A stretch of 64,000 nucleotides of DNA. It comes from Gordius albopunctatus (taxonomy: Eukaryota). Where the stretch lies: the NCBI GenBank assembly GCA_964276515.1, contig OZ193909.1, positions 1,054,001 through 1,118,000 on the forward strand, written 5' to 3'. Of this stretch, positions 57,271-64,000 are shown piece by piece (within the stretch, counting starts at the first letter, position 1; each line of letters starts with the position of its first letter). The notes under the pieces are model-generated. The model was not told the origin of the DNA. It saw only the letters and a list, made by a program, of their open reading frames with translations, and did no database searches. Position numbers and translations under genes: made by a program.

Positions 57271-57336
57271 AAACGCGGGCGCGCCTGACTACCCTCGCTA
57301 CAGCGATTAACTACAACTGGGCTACAGCAGCCAAGA

Positions 57337-59088
57337 ATGACAAATCATTCGCCGAGGACTGAAACATTCCACACCTCGAAGTGGTCCACGCCCGCCGACA
57401 GTTATTTCCTAGCGCTGGCAGAGGCAGAGGCCTCCCAAAGAGCCGCAACGTCAAAAAGACGCCGGCCTCTGCCAGGAATAAGGCGCAAAATTAAAACCTT
57501 GGTTGGATCATGGGAAGTCGGGCCTTCGGGCTTACCGCTTCTCGATGGAGGAAATACGTCCAGGTCTCCCCACTGGCTCGCACGATTAATATTCCAAATT
57601 AGGGAGACGCGCCGCTGGATCTTTTCTCCATCTGAACTCCCGTCTGGGGCGACGGGGGCGATCCATTTACCAAACGATTCTTCATATTCGAAAATATTCT
57701 TTCCCGCCCCCGACTTCGAGCAGCGCATGAAACAAGTGGAGGCCGCCTTTGGCCGGGATGAGGGCTCAGAAATGTTACCCTTATTCAACCTCCACAAATC
57801 CATATTCCAATGGAACAAGGAGCCCATCACAAGACCACCGACGGGCCCCCTCGACATACAGACCACACGGTTAAGGCCCCACCCGCTCCAATTCCCATTC
57901 ACCAAGCGGGTGGCCAGGAAGAGATTCATGCCCAAACTGGACATGCCAAAAATTCGACAACATGGAGGAATATTCCTCACATCACGCCGCAAGGCCATAT
58001 CCCGGGGAAAACCCGAATACCTTCAAACTATGTTGAACGCGGGCATAGTAGAAGAAACCCAGAATGAAATTATTAAATCAGCCACATTCTTTATTCCAAA
58101 GTCAAACGGCGATGCCCGGGTCATCACGGATTTATCCCAAATTTCCAAAATTTTTATCCATTATCCTATCAAACTCGCCTCCATCCCCCTCACCTCCAGA
58201 CAGCTGAGCAGAGCTCTCTTTGCGGCCAAGGTGGACCTGAAGGCGGCATTCTTTAGCATCCCCTTAAACACTTCAGCCCGAAAATATACGGCCTACACAT
58301 TCCGGACCAAAAAGTATAGATACAAGGTCCTCCCGATGGGGGCATCATTCTCCCCATACGTTCTCCAAATGATAGTGGCCGACCTCACGGCTAAGGCGGT
58401 TATTAAATGTAAGTACAATGTTTATTTGGATGACATTCTGATTTATGGGGACTCGTACACAGACGTACAAGAGGATCTGGAGAGGATTTATACCCTGGCG
58501 GCCGAATGGGGCCTGACGGTAAATGCTCAGAAGTCATCCCTCTTACCAGAGAAAAATCTCTTTCGAGGACCACTCCATCAGGTGTACGCCCAAAACGGTC
58601 ACCCGCTTACAATACGCCTCCGACATATTATTCTTCGCGTGCTCCACAAACACGGCTCCACCCACGCATATCCTCTTAAGGCCCTAGGTGTTCTGAACTA
58701 CTTTCTCTACAACCTCACGGGCATGTCTAAACTTCTAGCACCATTCTACGCCTTCCTAACGGACCGTTCCCACCTTTTCAACATGAACACGGCATGCTTC
58801 AAATTATTCGCTATAATCGAATCACTGAAACACCGCATTCCGCTCTAAATTATTCCGGACATGACAATCTACACAGACGCGTCGAACGAACACATAGGTA
58901 TATTCTGCCCCGACAAACAATTCTCCATCACGTTCTCCAACGCAGCAGCAGCCATGAATTACATCCTACCAGAGGACCCCCACATCACGCTGACCGAGAC
59001 GATTGGGGCCCTATACGGATACTTGGTGGGGAGGTACGACGGTCACCCTTTTCCCCGCATTCGCACCGACTCATCCATCGCATTCTAA
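57337..59088 (+). pseudogene. Polymerase (long N-terminal extension, RT, RNase H) of the permuted retroelement
   Basis: FFIPKSNGDARVITDLSQISK, VDLKAAFFSIPL, YRYKVLPMGASFSPYVLQ, YLDD, GLTVNAQKS; in-frame TAA at 58846-58848, then IYTDAS...TETIGAL...IRTDSS. Confidence 0.88.
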
Positions 59089-59299
59089 AATGACTTAATT
59101 CCTATTAAAGCCCCAAAACCCATCCATAAATTTTCAAGCAAACATTGATGTGAAACGATCTAAAAGTTAGAGCAAGATTAAGCAATGGAAAGTCCAGAAA
59201 ACTTGGCTCTTACAGATTCCAAGGGGAAGCGCTAGAGAGATCCTTAATCGAGGCTCTGCCACAGAGGGTTGCGGTTAGAATTATCAACAAATCCAAAGT

Positions 59300-60830
<1,531 letters not shown>

Positions 60831-60834
<4 letters not shown>

Positions 60835-61015
60835 TGTTCTTCATAGATATGTTTTCGGGAATTGTCGAGGGTGTTAAAAAATTATTGTAGTAAATATAAT
60901 ATTTCGTCCTCATAGAGGACATCGTCAGATAAGTAAAATAGAAATATTATATTTACTACAATAATTTTTTAACACCCTCGACAATTCCCGAAAACATATC
61001 TATGAAGAACATTAA
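60831..61015. repeat. Perfect 75-bp inverted repeat with 35-nt spacer
   Basis: 60831-60905 is the exact reverse complement of 60941-61015. Confidence 0.95.
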
Positions 61016-62222
61016 TTATGAGGGTAAAAATCTTCTTAAATAAATTTTAATGTTTTTTAATTCAAGAGTGGTACTGGTTTTATATAATAAATTATGCGTG
61101 GTTGTATCAATTAGTAAATGCTTGCTTTAATAAAATAAAGTTGCTGTTAGTTCTTATGCGATAAGGGATCAAGTCTACCACAAAAGTTTTAACCATATCA
61201 ATATTAGAGAGAGAAAACTTCGACAGGTGTCTTACAAGTTAAGGCAATATAATATATGTCAAGGCCCATGATGGGCTGTAATTTAAAAGATAATTGATTG
61301 TTGCAAATGGGCATTCTACGATATGTATGCAAAGTAACATACTTTTCATTTTTATTAAGTAATAAATAGCGTCCTATAAAAAGTCAAATATTTTCAATAG
61401 AACAAGAATTAAGCTTGTTAAAAATAGCTATACAACCATTGAGGGTCATCAGGAGGATGGCCGGACCAAAAGCTATGAAAGGTTAAGCCCATTCAGAGAG
61501 CATTAAAATGTGACCACTTGTGATATTTGCTCATAGCTTTTTATAAGTATTATTTATAATAAAAAATTAAATTTTTCTTTCGATTCAAGTAAAATTGCAA
61601 CTTAATCAGGCTAATGAAGTACTAATCAATTACCTGATGGTAACTACACCAGCTGATGTTGAATAAAGTAAGCGATCTAATTTATTATCAAATATATTAG
61701 GAATAGTTGATTATAATATAAGCATTAGATCTTTAATTGTTCTTGCATTTTATTATAATTTAAATTTTAATAAAGATGCCTTAGATGTTCTTTAAGAGAC
61801 ATCTGCACCAGTTTAAAATCCACAAAGTATATTCTATAGTTTTGATTTTCTAACCTTAAAAAATTAATTATAACATTTTCGCCATCGGGAAAAGGAAAAA
61901 CAATTTCAATGCTCAATAATTATCTCTATGTAGATGACAAACTTCTATTAATTCCTCAAGCCTACCCGGAGATCTCCTCGGTACACTCAGTTTCTTTTTT
62001 GCAAACACTGTAAATAAATAATTATTTCCCATATATTCGTACTATAGAAATAAGATCTTAAATTTGTCAGCTTCACCTTCAGTAGTATTATTAAAAGCTT
62101 AAGTTTATATTAGATATAGGTGCTTAAAAATTTATTAATAGTAGTAAAACCTTAAAAAACATTGGCCCGGTAAATGTTATACAATGGTCAATATAATCGC
62201 TAAACAAGGTGACAAAACTTGA

Positions 62223-62834
62223 TTAGTTATAATATTTAGGGTACGAGATAGTATTATCGCTTAAGAATTTCTTTTTAGAAACACTTATGCGAAATCCCGT
62301 TTTCCTAGCGCCCACATTTTTGCTTTGGGTGGGTAAAGGCTTAAGTGCTCTTCCTATAATTATGGGTTTCATTTCAAGCTCTCCTACAACACCTTTCGCA
62401 TTCTGTTTGTGAGTCGTTTGAAGCATTTTAACCATGGGGGTAGGACTATTACTTGCGCTACACTGAGAATTATAGGATTCACCAGGCCCAATTCGAGTGG
62501 AATGCCTGAAACGGAGCAAGCTAGATTTTGTCTGAGTTACTGTGACGATGCTCTCTTGGGCCTTGTGCAATTTGGGCGCAGCAACAATGATATTATCCTC
62601 GAATTTAACGTTTTGATGCAGGCGCGTTTTTAAAGCGCCCCGGGTGAGTGTAGTGAAGATTTTCCTTGGGCCGGGATCTGGTGTAGAACGCAACAACGTT
62701 TTGCTTCTATCATTTTTACGCGATGTTTTACCCTTCTTAACCGTGGAACTTACCAAAGGGCAATTTACTTCTCGACTTTCTGGCAATTCATTAGCCATTA
62801 TCGTATCGTTAGCTGATAAATAAATGCAGGACAA
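62223..62834 (-). CDS. Probable exon of an unidentified basic, low-complexity protein
   Basis: 203-codon open frame in an AT-rich background with a plausible acceptor (TTTATCAG) at 62813; no recognisable domain. Confidence 0.35.
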   Translation of the reverse strand: MSCIYLSANDTIMANELPESREVNCPLVSSTVKKGKTSRKNDRSKTLLRSTPDPGPRKIFTTLTRGALKTRLHQNVKFEDNIIVAAPKLHKAQESIVTVTQTKSSLLRFRHSTRIGPGESYNSQCSASNSPTPMVKMLQTTHKQNAKGVVGELEMKPIIIGRALKPLPTQSKNVGARKTGFRISVSKKKFLSDNTISYPKYYN

Positions 62835-64000
62835 AAATGTTAAGGTATAATACTATACATCTATCTTATTTTTTTGCCACACTTAGACTTGTTATCTAGC
62901 GCGGCGTACTAAACCTTGGTTGTTGAAAAGAGTCTATCCTAAGAAGCGCGTTACAAATGTAAGGTCCCTATTTTATCATCCCCTCCGCTAAGGTCCTCCT
63001 AATTCCCAAACAAAATTACTGTGTGCCGACACTTGTTTATTATAGCACCGCCAAATGTGCCCCATTTCATAGCTACACACTTGTGAAGCTTGGATTGGAT
63101 TATTTATACATGACTGCACAGCACATGCGTGTTGTTATTGACAATAAAAATTAGCTAACAAAAACGGCTCACCTTTAAATATGAACAGACCAAAATTTTA
63201 ACGAGAAAAACCTTGGATCTGTGTTTGCGACTGGGTGTAATAGATCAAAAAACAAACCTTTGGTCTTTAACGTTCAGACGATTAAAAGCAAAGGCCGCCG
63301 TTTTTACAACACTACTTAATGGCACATCCGAGTCTCTATGACAAAATAACCACATTGAAAGTCCTCAATTAAATCAAGACCAGCATTATTTTATACACAC
63401 TTTCACACCTCCAGTTACAACACTAGCTACGCGTCATATTAAATCTACTTTTGGAGAAAGCATATATTGAATTTCACTTATTAGCCTCAAGTGTTTTTAA
63501 TAGACAAATTAGTGGGAATCAAGTTTCAAATAGAGAGAAGTTGAAATAATGTTCTATAGACGTTCTCGGGTTAAAATGAAATAGATGAAAAATTCGTAAT
63601 TTAACGGTGGGCTTACTTTATCCTTCCTTATTCAGGGTATTGACTTGAACGGTCTGCTGGCTCGGGGAATTGCGCATGGTGGATGAGAAGGCATGACCCC
63701 CCTGCCCGTTTATGAATAAGGGAAAGGGAGAAGGTGCCCAACTAAGGTCTGCATTTTTTATCGGAGTCTCCAGTTTTCCTTCAATCGATAAATCCAAAAA
63801 TTATTATCATTTCAAATGTATTTTCATTAAATTCTCAAAAATTCAAATGTAGTAACTAAAAATAAGCGAAATTTCGTTTGGATAGAATTTTATAAACAAG
63901 AATTTCAAATTAAAATTAAACAACGCTAATGTTTAATTCTAAAATTAAAGCAAAAGTTCAAAGATTAACAATTAAAGTCGTAAAAATATATGGCAAAAAT

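Larger units (their letters stand above)
53276..57494 (+). pseudogene. ORF1 (gag/core-like) of the permuted retroelement, interrupted
   Basis: 53276-53722 joins 57276-57494 in frame (...ILIKET|RARLTTLATAINYNWATAAK...ED*NIPHLEVVHARRQLFPSAGRGRGLPKSRNVKKTPASARNKAQN); one internal TGA at 57360-57362. Confidence 0.7.
53141..59077 (+). mobile_element. LTR-less, integrase-less reverse-transcribing element (hepadnavirus-like/DIRS-related RT), circularly permuted, split by a Gypsy insertion
   Basis: Identical 34-bp direct repeats at 53141-53174 and 59044-59077 lie within RNase H coding sequence. Contains ORF1 and an overlapping RT-RNase H ORF; 2350-bp unit after removing 53723-57275. Confidence 0.75.

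Noticed and set aside
57402..58067. Antisense ORF 57402-57998 and alternate-frame ORF 57810-58067 as envelope or accessory genes
   Set aside because: No transmembrane segments or motifs; explained by GC-richer coding sequence in overlapping frames.
53141..59077. Penelope-like element with pseudo-LTR
   Set aside because: RT motifs are not Penelope-type, RNase H is present and there is no GIY-YIG domain.
59075..59110. CATCGCATTCTAAAATGA read as a decayed kinase HRDLKC motif, and VAVRIINK near 59270
   Set aside because: Needs several substitutions, no DFG follows, and the motif order is wrong; probably chance.

Overview
AT-rich, transposon-dense animal (invertebrate-like) genomic DNA with GT-AG introns, some only 34-38 nt. 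Host genes reconstructed by hand: a 16-exon heparan sulfate N-deacetylase/N-sulfotransferase (NDST, +, 8619-19774), an 8-exon CNOT9/RCD1 (-, 20872-22113), 3' exons of an Ig-domain membrane protein, a NUPR1/p8-like gene, two tandem secreted Cys-rich (VWC-like) paralogs, an unprocessed DLST pseudogene fragment, and two 3' exons of a TSSK-type kinase. Repeats include a 4-kb satellite with a 1353-bp higher-order period, Helitrons, many hAT-type MITEs with 8-bp TSDs, a Sola-like element, RTE and CRE-like LINEs in a nested stack, and Gypsy relics. The main find is at 53141-59077. Removing a nested Gypsy insertion leaves a 2350-bp reverse-transcribing element with no LTR, integrase or tyrosine recombinase. 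It has a core/gag-like ORF with a basic tail, an overlapping RT-RNase H ORF with hepadnavirus-like motifs, and a 34-bp terminal direct repeat inside RNase H, so it is circularly permuted like an integrated small circular genome. All protein and family assignments are from remembered motifs; no searches were run.
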